A DNA stretch of 64,000 nt from assembly GCA_013265495.1 (NCBI GenBank), contig MU057487.1, forward strand, positions 930,001 through 994,000, read 5' to 3'. The position numbers and the translations under genes were made by a program. This stretch comes from Vicugna vicugna. Taxonomy: Eukaryota. Under the pieces are notes generated by a model. That model searched no databases. It was not told the origin of the DNA and saw only the letters and a list, made by a program, of their open reading frames with translations. Within the stretch, counting starts at the first letter, position 1; each line of letters opens with the position of its first letter. This document shows, one piece after another, positions 48,501-61,640 of this stretch.

Positions 48501-48988
48501 CTCTGCCTTTTGCCTGATTATGTAAAAAGTCCAATATTGATACATCATAGGAAATAAAGGCTCCATTTTCTTCCCTAGCATGTGCAGGAGTAGTGGACAT
48601 GGAAGCTCTCTTCCCAGTACATGTCTTACATGTGATCATTTCCTCCCTTAAATATTATTTGCTATAACCTTCTTGAGGATAGAGCCATGACCTCAGAGAA
48701 AAGACACAGTTTATTAAGTTTCCCCTAGCTCTAAAACTGGATTTTAATTAAGGCCACTGCCTGATTCTTTTTTAGTACTGCCCCAGGCATACCAGAGAGA
48801 ACTTATTTTCATGGTTAGCAAGGGCATCATTCAAAAAACAATCTGAATGTGGTCATTTATGATTTTTTTTCCAAAGCTACTGTTTGGATGACCTGCAGGA
48901 AAATCTTTAAAGTACCCTGAAAATAAATGCCATTTCTAATCTGGTAGATATACATATATAGAACAGCAGATAATTCTGCGTGCATGTT

Positions 48989-49009
48989 TGTGTGTGTGTG
49001 TGTGTGTGT
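48989..49009 (+). repeat. (TG)10 microsatellite
   Basis: Read directly from the sequence. Confidence 0.95.
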
Positions 49010-50774
49010 TTGGAGGAAGAGAAGAAAGCTTCTTTGGGACATAGCTAGTCTAGAAGCTCTTATTAATTCAAAGGCCAATAAGTCAATCATCTATTTTCTA
49101 GTCCTTTCTGACTAGATTTAAGGAGTCTGAGGATATAGAGACAAATAAAGAAAAAATCTAGAAATCTGAGGTATAAATACTATTCAGAGAAACATTTGAA
49201 TTTGCTGTCTTCAAAGATTTGGCTCTAAGCCACCCAGAACTGCCTGAGACATATCAGAGCCTCAAGACATGGCTAACTTGACTCAACCAAGTTGCTTTCC
49301 ACTTGCTGTGCAGGCAACCAAAATGTCGTTGTGCACACGTGTGTGTGTGTGCATGTGTGTAGAAATACACAAGCATCTCCCACATCCCCATTCTTTGCAT
49401 GCTTTCTCTGTGTGTCTGTTTGTGTCACATGCATGTTTAAGGTTATTCTTCTGTTCGAGTTTTTGCTGCTGCTGCTTTGGAAATGCCAATGGAAAAGGGT
49501 TTAAAGATAGCAGATTGCATAAAAAATTAATTTCACCAAATTGGCTTCAGTTCCTGTGTACTTGTACTTGCATGCATGCACTCACGCACAAACATACACA
49601 CATCAACCTCTTCCATCCCCCCTGCAGTAATCTGAATAATTAATAGCTGCTCTCTCTTAGGTCCTTTGGAAGAAGCATCTTTAGGTATTAGACTCTCCAT
49701 CATTCTTCTGCCAAAATGCAACGAATTCCTCTTCGAAGCTGTGACCCTGTTGCTTTTGCTCACTGACAAATTTCACATCACGAAGAAAAATAGCTTGATA
49801 TTAGAGTGATTAAATTTCAGGGAGAGCTGAGAGAATGGAGTTCTTCAAAATCTAAGCTCTGCCAATTTTGATGTCTCTAATTTATTCCAACAACTGTTTA
49901 AGTCTAAATGCCTCCATTTTAATCACATTAACAGTCTATTACAAAGAGACTGAACACCCAAAGAACTCCAGTTACAAAATGAATTTGGCTCTCCCCACCT
50001 TTATGTTTGTGATGATCAAATAGCTGCTAGCAGAAACCGTTGGCTGGAGCCAGCCCTTTGGTAATTTCCCTCTGACTCCCTCTGTTTCCCGAGCCAGAGG
50101 CCTGGACCTGGGCACTTGCCCAGATATCACAGGGGAAATAAACACACCTACCACCCAAGCAACAGCAGAGCTACTCAGCTCCTAGTGTGGGCATCTAGCT
50201 CACCTGGAGAGTTCACGTTTTTCTTGCATTTGACTGGTCCTGCACAGAAGTAGCTGTATGAACCTAACCAACATCAATGCACAGCAATCCAGAGCCCAGG
50301 TCTGATTGGCATCAAGTTCTAAACATTGAGGCAACAGCAAGGGCTCCCAGAAAACTGTATGCTCCTGGCCCCTCTTCTGGATCCGACCAGTTGGCAATGT
50401 ACTAGGCTCTCAACAGGGTCCATGTAGAGATTTGCTCATACGGAGCCTGAGCCCTTGCCAGCTTGCCTATTCCTCTGGTAATGTGCTCGCATAAAGCCGC
50501 AGGAAAGCTGAATATTTAATGCAGATATTTTATTTGCAGCCAAGTGCTTCTGTTCTCCAGGGTCTACTTTCTGTCACCAGCCTACATCCTAGGAAATAGA
50601 ATAAACATTTTTCTGCCCTGCACAAGCCAAGCTATTTTCATATTTCGTTTCCCAGCAGCCATCAAACTGCATGTGTGCACAGACTCTAAAAATGCAAATA
50701 TCTGTTTACCTTTTTGGCAATATTGCCTGATGGGTACAAGCTGGGGCTTTCCTGTCGGCCAGTCTGTGCTAACC

Positions 50775-50965
50775 CCTCAGGTCTGCCCCTCACTATGTAA
50801 ACGTTCAGTAAGTTATTTATGCCCTCGGAGATTCAGTTTTCTCAAATATTAAGATGGGAAAAAATAATTGATCCTACTTCACACAGTGCTGCTGTGAGAA
50901 GTAAAATAATGCACAAAAAGTCCTTAACAGAGTCTAGCCTATGGTAAGTACTTGATAACGCACTT
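50775..50965 (+). mobile_element. MIR SINE
   Basis: 'taagttattta...ttcagttttctcaaatattaagatggg...cctacttcacacagtgctgctgtgagaagtaaa...ttaacagagtctagcctatggtaagtacttgataa'. Confidence 0.8.
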
Positions 50966-53900
50966 GATACCATAAGGGCATAAATAAGCGCTTCACCTAC
51001 GTTATCGCTAATGTGATCATTAATAACATCATCTACTGGCAAATTGCATGAATTCATGATTTATCATGACTTGATAACAGCATAGAAAAAGAGATGAGGA
51101 AGCTACAAATTAGAATAATTTCTACCCAGGATGGACTTGAGGGCAGCAATATGCTTGGAAGAGGAGCTCGGGGGATTGTCTTGAAGTGGCCTTTGCATAC
51201 TAAGCCACTCATTTTCCTTGGAGTGTGTGATTATTTAAGGTGACTTGGTGAATGCAGGCACTGATGGAGACACAAGGATGCCAATTTTAGTATCTTTACA
51301 TTAGGCCCCTCCCATTCTCCTCTGGGTATTCCATGTCGTATTTTCCCTGCAATTTTATCTCCCATGGCAAAGAGCAGAGGTTTTTAAAAAATTATTTTAC
51401 AAAGTCCTTTATTTCCACTTGAAAAATCTTTGAAAAAAATACACCATAAAAATAGAATTAAATACCTAAGCACAGACTGTTTTCCTCCTTGTTGTTAAGC
51501 CAAGGAAGCACCTTGTAAAGCTGGACTCTGTTGATAACCTTGGGAGATTTCACAGCATCCGTTATGGGTGGAATCCCATATTGAAAGATTAACTGAGTCA
51601 AATATGAGTTGACTGTCCTCAATCAGGCAATAGAGGTGATGGAAAAACAAGATTTTTGTTAAGTTTACCTTTTGTTCAACCAACAAATGCTTTACAGAAT
51701 AAACAGGAGGGCTTTGGGACTGTGAAAGGTGAAATAGAGCCTTTTTGGTACCCATGATAGAGTATTCAAATTTCTGTTCAAGCAGCAGACCTGTAGACCT
51801 GTAGAAATCAGCAATACGTCCTCGTACACTGGTATGATTAAGGACTGACGATCTGGTTCAATAAATAGAGTTGGAACAGGTTTTTTCTTTTTTTTCCCCT
51901 AAACAGTTGACTATTCACAAAGAGAGTCAGACTTAAAAGGAAAGGACAAAACACAAGTACTAATGCCACGTCTGAGCCGCCCAAAAGAGAAGTTCCCCTA
52001 GCCAAAGTGAAGAGCACAGTGTTCAAGTTTCTCATCACTCCCATGTTTCATTTAAGAAGGGAGAGTGGAATTTTTTGGACACCCGTGGGTCCCCTAGCAA
52101 GCAGAATCCACTCTTACCTGGAGAATGGACACTCGGTGAAACTTGGTAGTGCTAACTGCGGGAAGGCACTGAGTGTGTGCCCTTAGGCTGCCCTGGAATT
52201 AGGACACAGTGTTCCCTTTCTTTTGGGACCAGTGAGGTCTTTCTAGACTGTACTGGATATAACCAGTCAGAAAATCACGTGGAGGGTTACATCAAGAGTA
52301 GTGGGGTGTTCAGCTACTGAGTTTCCCTGAGGGAGAACATTACTCAATGGTCATCTTTAAAATAAAGCTAAAAGCCATTCACACTTATATTACAAACAGA
52401 GCAATGACTATACATTATAATAAAGTTACTTGAGCCAGCTATTTGTCTAAGGTCTATAGGGAATAGTCTCTCAACATGTAATCTTGTCTTGGAAAGTCCT
52501 AGGTCCCTAGGTTACTTTGGGGGACTGGAAACCTTTTCTACACACAAGGGAAAAGAAAATTATTTCAACGAATGGGATAAAACTGCAAGCATCTTTATCA
52601 AATGTGGGGTTCTGTACACTAAATTCATTATTTTTAGAACAATTTCTTTTAGGAAGCTGAGGATACTTGGAAGATAGTTTGATTAAACACAAGTAACTTC
52701 AGTCTGTGCACGAGAGGACATTTGTATTATTAACTGGTTACCATTTGATGTTAAGATGCATAGTTAAGCTCCTTCAGAATAATTTGCAATAAAAATGTAG
52801 TAACACCAATAATAAATGTAGAGAAATGACTTTCTCATTTACCCTTTATGACACCATTTCTGCCAAGATGGCTCCCCTTTGGACATGTACACTCTGAATT
52901 TTCAGTGTTTATTTCCTTACTAATGTGCTTCTAAATCCAGTCCTGGCTATAGATCACCCCTCTCAATTTTTACTTCCATCCTCTTGGCACCAACTGTCTG
53001 AGATATTGACTGATCTCTCTCTGTTCTGCCATCTTCTTTGACTTACAAAGCCTGAGTCCCTTCTGTGCATTTAAAGCTATCTTTGGAGGCAGACCTGCTA
53101 GAGCACAAGGCCGCCTGTTGATGAAGCACCTCTCCCATCTACACTTGTACAGAAGAATCCCATCCACTTATCAGCGGTGTGCTTCTCAAGTCCAGCAAGT
53201 TGGACACTCGTCCCTATGTCAGACTTTGTGTGCAATGCCTCTTTTAACTCTTGATCATTCCAGCAGCAAGTGCATTTGACATTAAGTGCGCCATACTCTG
53301 TCTATGCATATGCTGTCTCCAAGTATTTGGAAAAATCTCGAAGTCAATGTGAGAAAAATAAATGTTTTAACTAAGGTTGGAGAAACCAAATTCAGTTACA
53401 TATAGGAAAGTATGCCCAGTTATAATCTTCACAGTATGTACCATAAGTATTTTAGAAATAAGGCAGAGTTTATCTATAGGGGAGGCTGAATGCTGAAACT
53501 AAATACAGTGGTCCGAGGAGCAAACATAGATAAATGTACAAACTCTTAAGACCTTGGCACAGAGAGTGCAATAATGAGTTGTTTGGACAAGTTAAAAAAT
53601 GTTTCTGTCTCTCCTCTTTCCTATGATTTGGCACCTCCTTCACCTCATATTGATTTGTTCTCATTTTCCTTGCAACAAAATTTACCTTCTTGTAAACACA
53701 TCATATGATATTCTTTCCACAGACTATTTCTAGCGCCTCTGCCTTCTTCCTAAATGATTTACAACTTTCTTTCCTACCCTTTATTATCCCTCCCTCCACT
53801 GAGAAACCAAAAATAAAAACAAAAATTTAATCAGCATGGAATAAAATATGGTGTTTTCCCAATTATCCAAGGAATGAAGACAAAGATGGGCATGGAGTTC

Positions 53901-54559
53901 TGTGAGGACAGCCTCCTTGGTGGTACCAGATGAACACTTCCAGAGCTCCTTTCAACTTTAAGTCTTCATCTCCAAGTCTGACTTGTAACTAGATTGTTGA
54001 TAACTGCTCTTCCCACATCTCCATGTCCCTGTGGGTTGCCAGGCTCCTTCCTACCACTTCTGCTCTCCGACTCTCCCCATATGCTCAGCCACAGCTCAGA
54101 GACAGGAGACAAGATGCACTTCTAAAGGGAAGATGCTGAATTGGGAAGAATAAGGCCCGTATCATTCTTGACACTTAAATCACACTTTGTTTTTTTAACA
54201 TTTAAATCCTATCCAATGTTTCCTGACTGGGCATTCCATTCCATTCCAAGCACTAAGCTCTTTCTCAAAGATCACCTTGTCCTCATTGCCTTCACAAGGG
54301 TCAGTGTTCTTGGTGTAAAAGATGCCAACAAAACATGTGTCTCCTTAAGTAAAATGTGTGTCCTCCCCATGGACTGCATAGCAGGATGCCATGTCCCTCT
54401 CCTGCTTTTTTCTCTCCTCAGAAGGAATTATATTCCTTATTTGGAAACCAGCATTTTTTGAGAAATTGAAGCTGATTGAACTCTTTTCTCTTGATTATGA
54501 TCAGGCCCTAAACTGTATCAAATGAGCTCTCTTTTGAGTTTTGGGTCAACTCATCACAT

Positions 54560-54700
54560 CTCATTTAGGTTCATGGTTTTAAAAACCCCACTGTACTGCA
54601 ATCCAAATCTTACGCTTTATAAATAAGAAAGACAAGACCCAGAAAGTTAAGTGACTTACAAAAGACTCTATAGCTAATTTGTGGAAGAAAGTGAACAGAT
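54560..54700 (-). mobile_element. MIR fragment
   Basis: 'tttataaataagaaagacaagacccagaaagttaagtgacttacaaaagac...tagctaatttgtgg'. Confidence 0.65.
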
Positions 54701-54909
54701 TTTCTGATTTCTTTCATTCGCCTCGACATACATGAAATAATTTTTCTATATTTCCAGAGATAGGTATGCTCAGATCATGCATACCCGTTAGGCATGTTTA
54801 AATCAATCTTCATGTTGAGGATTCTCTCATGTTTGGGCCACTCTGGTACTTCCAGCAGAGCAGAGCAGACCATCAATGCCATGATGAATGCTTTATCCTC
54901 TAGTTAGGA

Positions 54910-55120
54910 AAAATAGCTGGCGTTTGCAGAGCAGTGCACATTACTAAGGGCTTTCACACCTCTGCTTGCTTTCTAGCCTCACTCCAGCCCTAAGAGGGTG
55001 ATATTATTAACATTTCTACTGTAGAGATGAGGACATCAAATATTCCCAGGGAGAATCATTCCTGTTGCTCAAGTCACATGACCTCACATTCCACTAGAAC
55101 ATGTTCGAGCTTGGGATCCA
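54910..55120 (-). mobile_element. MIR fragment
   Basis: 'gctttcacac...cctcactccagccctaagagggtgatattatta...gtagagatgaggac...gctcaagtcacatg'. Confidence 0.65.
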
Positions 55121-58100
55121 TTTAGCCCCCATTCTAAACTAGGAGATAATGTCTATATTTTCTTAGCTGAGGTGCCCTGAGAGAGGAGAGTTCTAGGGGA
55201 TGTGAAGCAGCAAGAGCAAAATCTGACTTCCCATTATTGCCCCATCCAGCACAACTGGCCAAGCATACATGTGTGCTTAGCAGTAAGTTTTGGTTAAATG
55301 ATGCTACCATGACTGGTCCCCAAGTCTCTAACATTTATGATGACAATCCTACATTGTGGTGCACCAGTCTTTACATTTTAAACTGTATTCAAGTCAAAGC
55401 AGTTACCATTCCTATTTAATTATTTTTGACAAAAACATTTTATAAACAAACATGCAGCTAAGTAAGTGTTTGTTTTAACTTCTAACTTATGAGTCATTTA
55501 AGAAGTGCACACAGCTCATGGCAAATTTTCTCCCTCTGGTTGACTTTGATTTATCATTTCACATCTTTAAGAAACTTTTCAGTAATTTATAACCACATTT
55601 TATAAAGTTGCTTTGCTGCTAGAGCCAATGTAAAGGTACTTGTGATTTCTCTTCAGAATATTTTATTTATGTCTTTACCCATAAGAGGCCTGGTTTCCCA
55701 AGAGGGCTGTTCTATCATGAGGGGATGGCCTGATAATTCTTTTGACATATACAAGAAATGTTAATATTTTTTTCTAAAGTGAAAAATAAATGCAGTGAAG
55801 GCAGTTTTCAACATACAGACTGATAGTGGTAACACTTTAGTGGCCTATGCTCATCCTGAGAGGAAGCCCAAAATAAGGCCACCTGACTTGAAAATAAAAG
55901 CAGTTTTTACTCCCACTGCTCTAAGGAGCGCCAACTCAGAAAGGAGGCTATATTCAATGCGTTCAGATAATCAACAGTATATCATGAATAGAAACGTTCT
56001 GACTTTGTATAGAGCCGACAGCCCACACAGACCAGGGAGAGAAGGACGCTTTAGGCAGAACCGCAGAGAAAGTGGGGTCTGGCCTAAGCCTTGCTTACCT
56101 CGCTTCCCCAATGCCCCTCTTGTGAACACTTAGGGGTTCTCCAACCACGTGCTGCCCAAACCCACCACCTAAACCTCATCCCATTTCTGCTCTAGTCTTC
56201 TGCTCTCTTTTAGATGCTATTCCTGGTGGCAACTGCTCTCAACTTTCTGACTCCTTAGAAGACAGCCTGCTTTATGAAGTTCTCTGAGGGGTTCATGACT
56301 GGTCATGGGGCCAACTGATCATCTGTCCCTGATCACAAACTCTCCATCTTTCCAATGCTTTCATCCAAAGCCCTAGCCCAAAGTGCTGACAGAGGTAGAG
56401 GGGGGTTTTGACTGATAATCTTGTTACTTGTGATGCAGCAAGAAAGCTCTGAAAAATCTGGAGATCTGGGTTGAACACCCGGCTTGCCATCAGGCCACTT
56501 TTCTCACTTTAGATCTAAAAGTCCTGCCTGTGCCTTTGTTTCTCCATCTAAGATACGGAGATTCAAAGGTGATTTTGTGTGAGGAAAAACAAAAACAAAA
56601 ACAAAAACATACCATCCATTTATCCCTATTACTGCCAGCATTACAGGAGTTTTAAATCATTTAATCATTTTTGTATCTTTTGTACATTTATTGTGCACAG
56701 CCCAAAATCATATATTTGCTTTCACATCAATGATACAAAATGTCCAAAGCAAATCAGGATACATTAATTTTCACTTTTTTTCTGTTTCTTTCAAAAACAC
56801 AGATTCTTACATAACTACAGCTATCAAATGGATTTCTTGCCCTCACAGTTGGTCAATACTCATTAAAGGAGGAGGAAAATGCAGATGTGGGGAATGAGCA
56901 GTTTCTACATCCTGTCTCCGGGCCCCCTTGGGCAGCCGGGGGCTGATGAAGAGCACACAGCAGTGGCGGACGTGGCTATGCTTACCAGGCAGTGAGAGCC
57001 TTCCTGCCGGCTCTGCTGGCTGCCGGGCCTGTTTCTTCCCCAGCTGTGCAGTTCGGAACTGCTGATTCATGCTCATGCTCCAAGCCTAATGACCATGAAC
57101 ACGCTCTGACTTTTTTCTTCAGGCACATTTTCCTGGTAACTGGGCGGATGATGTGCTAATGCAAATTGGCAGACTCAAACTGAAACTACAAAAATTGGAT
57201 CTGCCACGTGGAAGGACAAAGGACAAAAGCGACCTCAAGGCTGCCCTTTTGCTTTGGGTTTCCATTTCTGTGGCAGTGGCGCCCAGGAAGTGCTCAGCAA
57301 AGAGGTGGTATTCAGGGGAGATCCATGGTGACCATTAGAATTTTAAAACACTATGAGCAGTAATTCTCTTCTTTTAAAATAAATGTCCTTTAAGCCCTTC
57401 TTGTAACCTTGCTTTAAGAGATTCTCTGCTAATTTCTCTCTTTGTGTAGGCTAGTTCTGAGTCAGCAGTCTATATTGAGTTCAGTGAGGCAGAAACCTCA
57501 AAGTTTGCCTTTTCTCAGACTCCATCTTGGCCATAACCTGGCTGCAACTTGCTTCTGAGTCATGTAGCCAAGGTTCATTGGAGGTCACTCTTGTTTCGTG
57601 GACTAATTTGGACCTTTAATGTATGGCTGTTGAAATAATGTTTAATCTCTTCTTGTCAGCTGGCTGGATGGTACAATAATATTGCTCTGTGTTGCTGCAC
57701 AAGTGATTAAAGTACACGAGCACAGCAAGTCCTGCTTTTCTACCTCCGTCTCACAGGAAAGCACAGAAGATTCTGCAGAAAGAATGAGCCTTCTGCAACA
57801 TACAGATATTCCCAGAAAGACAATTCCGAATCCAGTTTATTAGTGCCTGATTTTCATTGCCCTGCTGAGTGGAATGCATGCCAGGGCTGTCGGCTCCTGC
57901 TTTATGAAGGTTCTCTTCTCTCTCACTGAGACTCACCTATTTCCTGACCATGGACTTGAAATTTACTGTAAAGTAAGTGAACTGATATGAACCAATCGAA
58001 ATTCTCCAAACACCTTCAGTTCAGATTTGAACTTACTTCTATTCTGAAGTGAGCTTTTTCTTTATTACCCAGGAACTTGTCAGTTGGGTGGGTCAGATGA

Positions 58101-58869
58101 GTCTATTTTAAGATGTTAAAATTACTAAATAAATCACCCTAGGTAATTTCATGCCAGAAGCTACAGCCTCCCGTTGATGAAAAGGAAGATGTTTGGTTTC
58201 AATTGGAAACGTCACAGTCAGTTGCTCTGCTAAGCTGATTTTAAGTGATATACTGATAAACATAGAAAAGGGTAGAGAAACTCCTTACTAAGCAGAATGA
58301 AGATGGGGAGTTTTTTTTTTTCCCATCACAAGGGGGGTAAGATTCAAATCAAAGTCCTAAGAAAGAAGTCATTTTGAGATACAGAGAATTAAAGGTTGGC
58401 TATGATGGGTTTAAGTTTTCTATATTGCTTGTAACTAGTTATTTGCTTAATCAGCTCTCAGCACCTAGAACGACCTTGAGATGGTTACTACACTCTATAA
58501 TAAAAACACTAGAAATGAGAATTTCATTTTGTCTTCTGTACTGTAGAATGCCAAATCTTAATATCATCCAAACAGCTAAATTCCTACTTTATCTTTTGAA
58601 GTGACCCAAAGCCGACAGTCTAGCCATAAACCTGTTCTATTTATAACCATGGTCGTCAGATGAGCCCTGGAGCTCTCATTGGATGAAGAGCCACGGGAAG
58701 CATGGGCAGCAGCTGCCACAGTCCCCTCAGGTCCTGACGGCTGTCATTAAGTGGCACGGGGGGCACTGTCTGAAGCCAATCACCATGAACCTGGAGTGCC
58801 CCAGACACCAGCCACAAGGAGTATCCAGAGTGAAAATGCCCAGGCTGGATGTTTAAAGCAGGAAATTTT

Positions 58870-58985
58870 TTAAAAATTACTCTCTCCATTATACAGATGA
58901 AAAAAAAAATGAGGCAGAGAGCAAGTCAGTAACTTCTCCACATCCCAACAACCAAATGAACTAGAATCAATATTTTCTGCCCTTG
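58870..58985 (-). mobile_element. MIR fragment
   Basis: 'ctccattatacagatgaaaaa...tgaggcagagagcaagtcagtaacttc'. Confidence 0.6.
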
Positions 58986-59554
58986 TGCCTTACGTTGGAC
59001 ATCTATCAGACCATGTCACTTCTTTGGGGGAAGGGAAAAGAAGAAATAGAACATTGTATAAACAAGCACAAAGCTAAATTCTAAGGTTAAAGAGAAATCC
59101 AAGTTGACACAATAGGAGCAATTTTCCAATGATCTGTTGTTTGAAGATTGAGGAGTAGACATGCATTGAGATCTTGCTTGTTTTCAGACAGAATACGTGA
59201 GAAGGGAAGGAATAATAAAGGCAAAGATTAGGAAAATATGGGAAAGAGGGCAACAAGAGAAGACAGGGTAGAGGCCTTGGCCTGGGAGCATTGACCTCTG
59301 TGATCTTGCCCTTGACAATGGCCACCTTGTGACCCTCTGTCAGGTCCAGTGAATATTGTTCCCTGGAAGGCTCTTGTTCCCATTAGAGTATGGGAGCTGT
59401 GGCCCAGCTCTGTTCAGGAACCCCTCCCCCAGCCCCCACCCCCACACAGGTTTGAAAAACAAAACAAAACTGCGGAATGTAACAACTGAAACTGCTCACT
59501 AAGCAAAGGTTATTAAAATTAACTCTGGGCAACTGACCAAGAGGAGGGAAAGAG

Positions 59555-59785
59555 CAAATACTTTTAGAGCATTTTATTGAGCAAGTACTACATATGTCAG
59601 TTATTATACCAGAAACTCTACCTGTTTTCTCACTGAATGTTCTTAAGAAGCATATAAGACATGGAACTATCCCCATTTTACTAGAAACTGAGAATCAGGG
59701 AGGTTACTGAGAATCAGTTGCTCCCTCAAGACCATACAGTTTTACGTGAAATGACTGGGATTCATTTCTAGGTGGGTTTTAACTT
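59555..59785 (-). mobile_element. MIR SINE
   Basis: 'cattttattgagcaagtactacatatgtcag...atccccattttactagaaactgag...ctcaagaccatacag...ctgggattc'. Confidence 0.7.
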
Positions 59786-61039
59786 CCCACTAGTAAAGAT
59801 ACAAGTGGAATTTCTGCACATATACTAAATGTATGCAAATAATTCAAAATGCATGATGACTAACTGACATCTTTGTTACAAAAATTGTAATGGATTATCA
59901 CCAGTCAGAACTTAACAAGGCAAAATTTTCCATGAGTACATCTATAATTTTGAGAACACTGAAATATTGACAAGTAATTCTCAGTGAGAGAAGTCAGGGA
60001 AGAGGGACACATCAGAATCACCTGCCCAGCCTGTTCAAGCACATCTCCCATGCCTATGCCTGCCCCAGCCCTCTCCACTTCGGTCGATGTTATTGGCAGA
60101 ATGTATTCTTATTTCCTGGAAATGCTGAGTCAGGAAAAAAATATTGTGACATCACTTTTTAAATGTTCACACAAATGAATGTTTCGATAGGTCTTCATTA
60201 TCCTGTATACTTCAAGTAAAGGAATTTCTAGACGAATAGGTTCTCAAGTTTTTTAGGTTGTTATATATTTCGGTACTTCATTTATATCACACACAAGTAT
60301 ACATGTAACCAGTATTCTCACCAGAATATGACTTACATCTCCCATTTGCTTCACTGACATATTCTGCACATACACACAACATCTTTAATGTTCTAACTTC
60401 CAATTAGATCAAAAATAGAGAAAATTGATCCATTAGAAAATATCACAACTCCTAAAGATGGTATTGAGGTGATTTCAACGGACCTGGCTACTATCATCAT
60501 CTATTCATTAATTTACTCAACATCTATTTACTACCGAGTACCTACAATATGCTAAGTGGTTGGTTTTTATCAACTAAACTAGAATTCACCCCCCTGTTGA
60601 GACAGTCATTTGCTTATGTTGAGGAAACCTCTTCAGACTAAGGATGCACTAAACAGCACTGAAGCTGTTCACAAATTTTAGAGTAACCGTTGGTTCACTC
60701 TTGAGTGACTCTGTGTTTACCAGAGATAAAGTATGCTTGCTTTTTGGGTGGCACTTTCCAGATGTCAGCAATTAGAAATAACTATTAGTAATTATTTAAG
60801 TCACTGTCATTTATCTTGCTACATAGGCTTAAACCTGAATAATATTGGGTTGGTTAAACCCTAGTGAAAGCACGATATGGGCCCCTTAGACTCCAAATAC
60901 CTTAATGGTGCTATTTTGGGGAATTCATAGTAAAACTCATCTCTAGGTGAATCTGTACTGGTAGCCTGCACTCTGCTCCCCAGGACACCAGAAGAATGGG
61001 AAGGCACCTGGGAATGGAAATCTTAACTGCATCCAAATC

Positions 61040-61227
61040 TGTTTGTGAGTTTAGGAACCACAGATAAATCACTCATCTACCTGAGTCATAGCTACTTCAT
61101 CTGTGGAGTACAGAAAATAATGGCTTTGCCTTTATCACTGGGATATTATAAAGATCAAATAATCTAAGGTTTGTGAAAAAGTTGCAGGAACTGTAAAATG
61201 ATACATTGATAAAAGTATTAGTTTTGC
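61040..61227 (+). mobile_element. MIR SINE
   Basis: 'ataaatcactcatctacctgagtcatagctacttcatctgtgg...gggatattataaagatcaaata...ctgtaaaatgatac'. Confidence 0.65.
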
Positions 61228-61404
61228 GAAAAATGCTTCAGAAACAGTAAAATGAAATACTAATATAAAGTATTAGTTTTGCTATTAGACCTTAAAATGT
61301 TATCTTGGATTTCATAATCATATTTAGGTTTATTCAAAGTAATCTACTTGTTCATTGTAAACAATCTACCAGATTCAGAGAGGAAGTAATGCAGGAGATA
61401 GGCA

Positions 61405-61640
61405 AGAACTCAAGGCTGGAGTTGGCTGAATGTGAATCCCAGTTCCAGATTTATCAGCCAAGATCCTTAGGCCATGTTTGCTTCTCTGAACATGTTACTT
61501 CATCCATAAAGTGTACTTAACAATACCTACAAAGTATACTTAACAAAACCTACCTGTATTAAAAGACATAATGTGTGCAAAGCATGTGGTTCAGTTGTTT
61601 GTGACGTAGACACAATTACTGAGAATTACTTTTATTATGA
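61405..61640 (+). mobile_element. MIR SINE
   Basis: 'gtgaatcccagttccagatttatcagccaagatccttaggcc...cttcatccataaagtg...ataatgtgtgcaaagca'. Confidence 0.75.

Noticed and set aside
55795..56133. 112-aa ORF with KAVF repeated
   Set aside because: GTG start, no recognisable domain, no splice context; the repeat is a short AT-rich coincidence.
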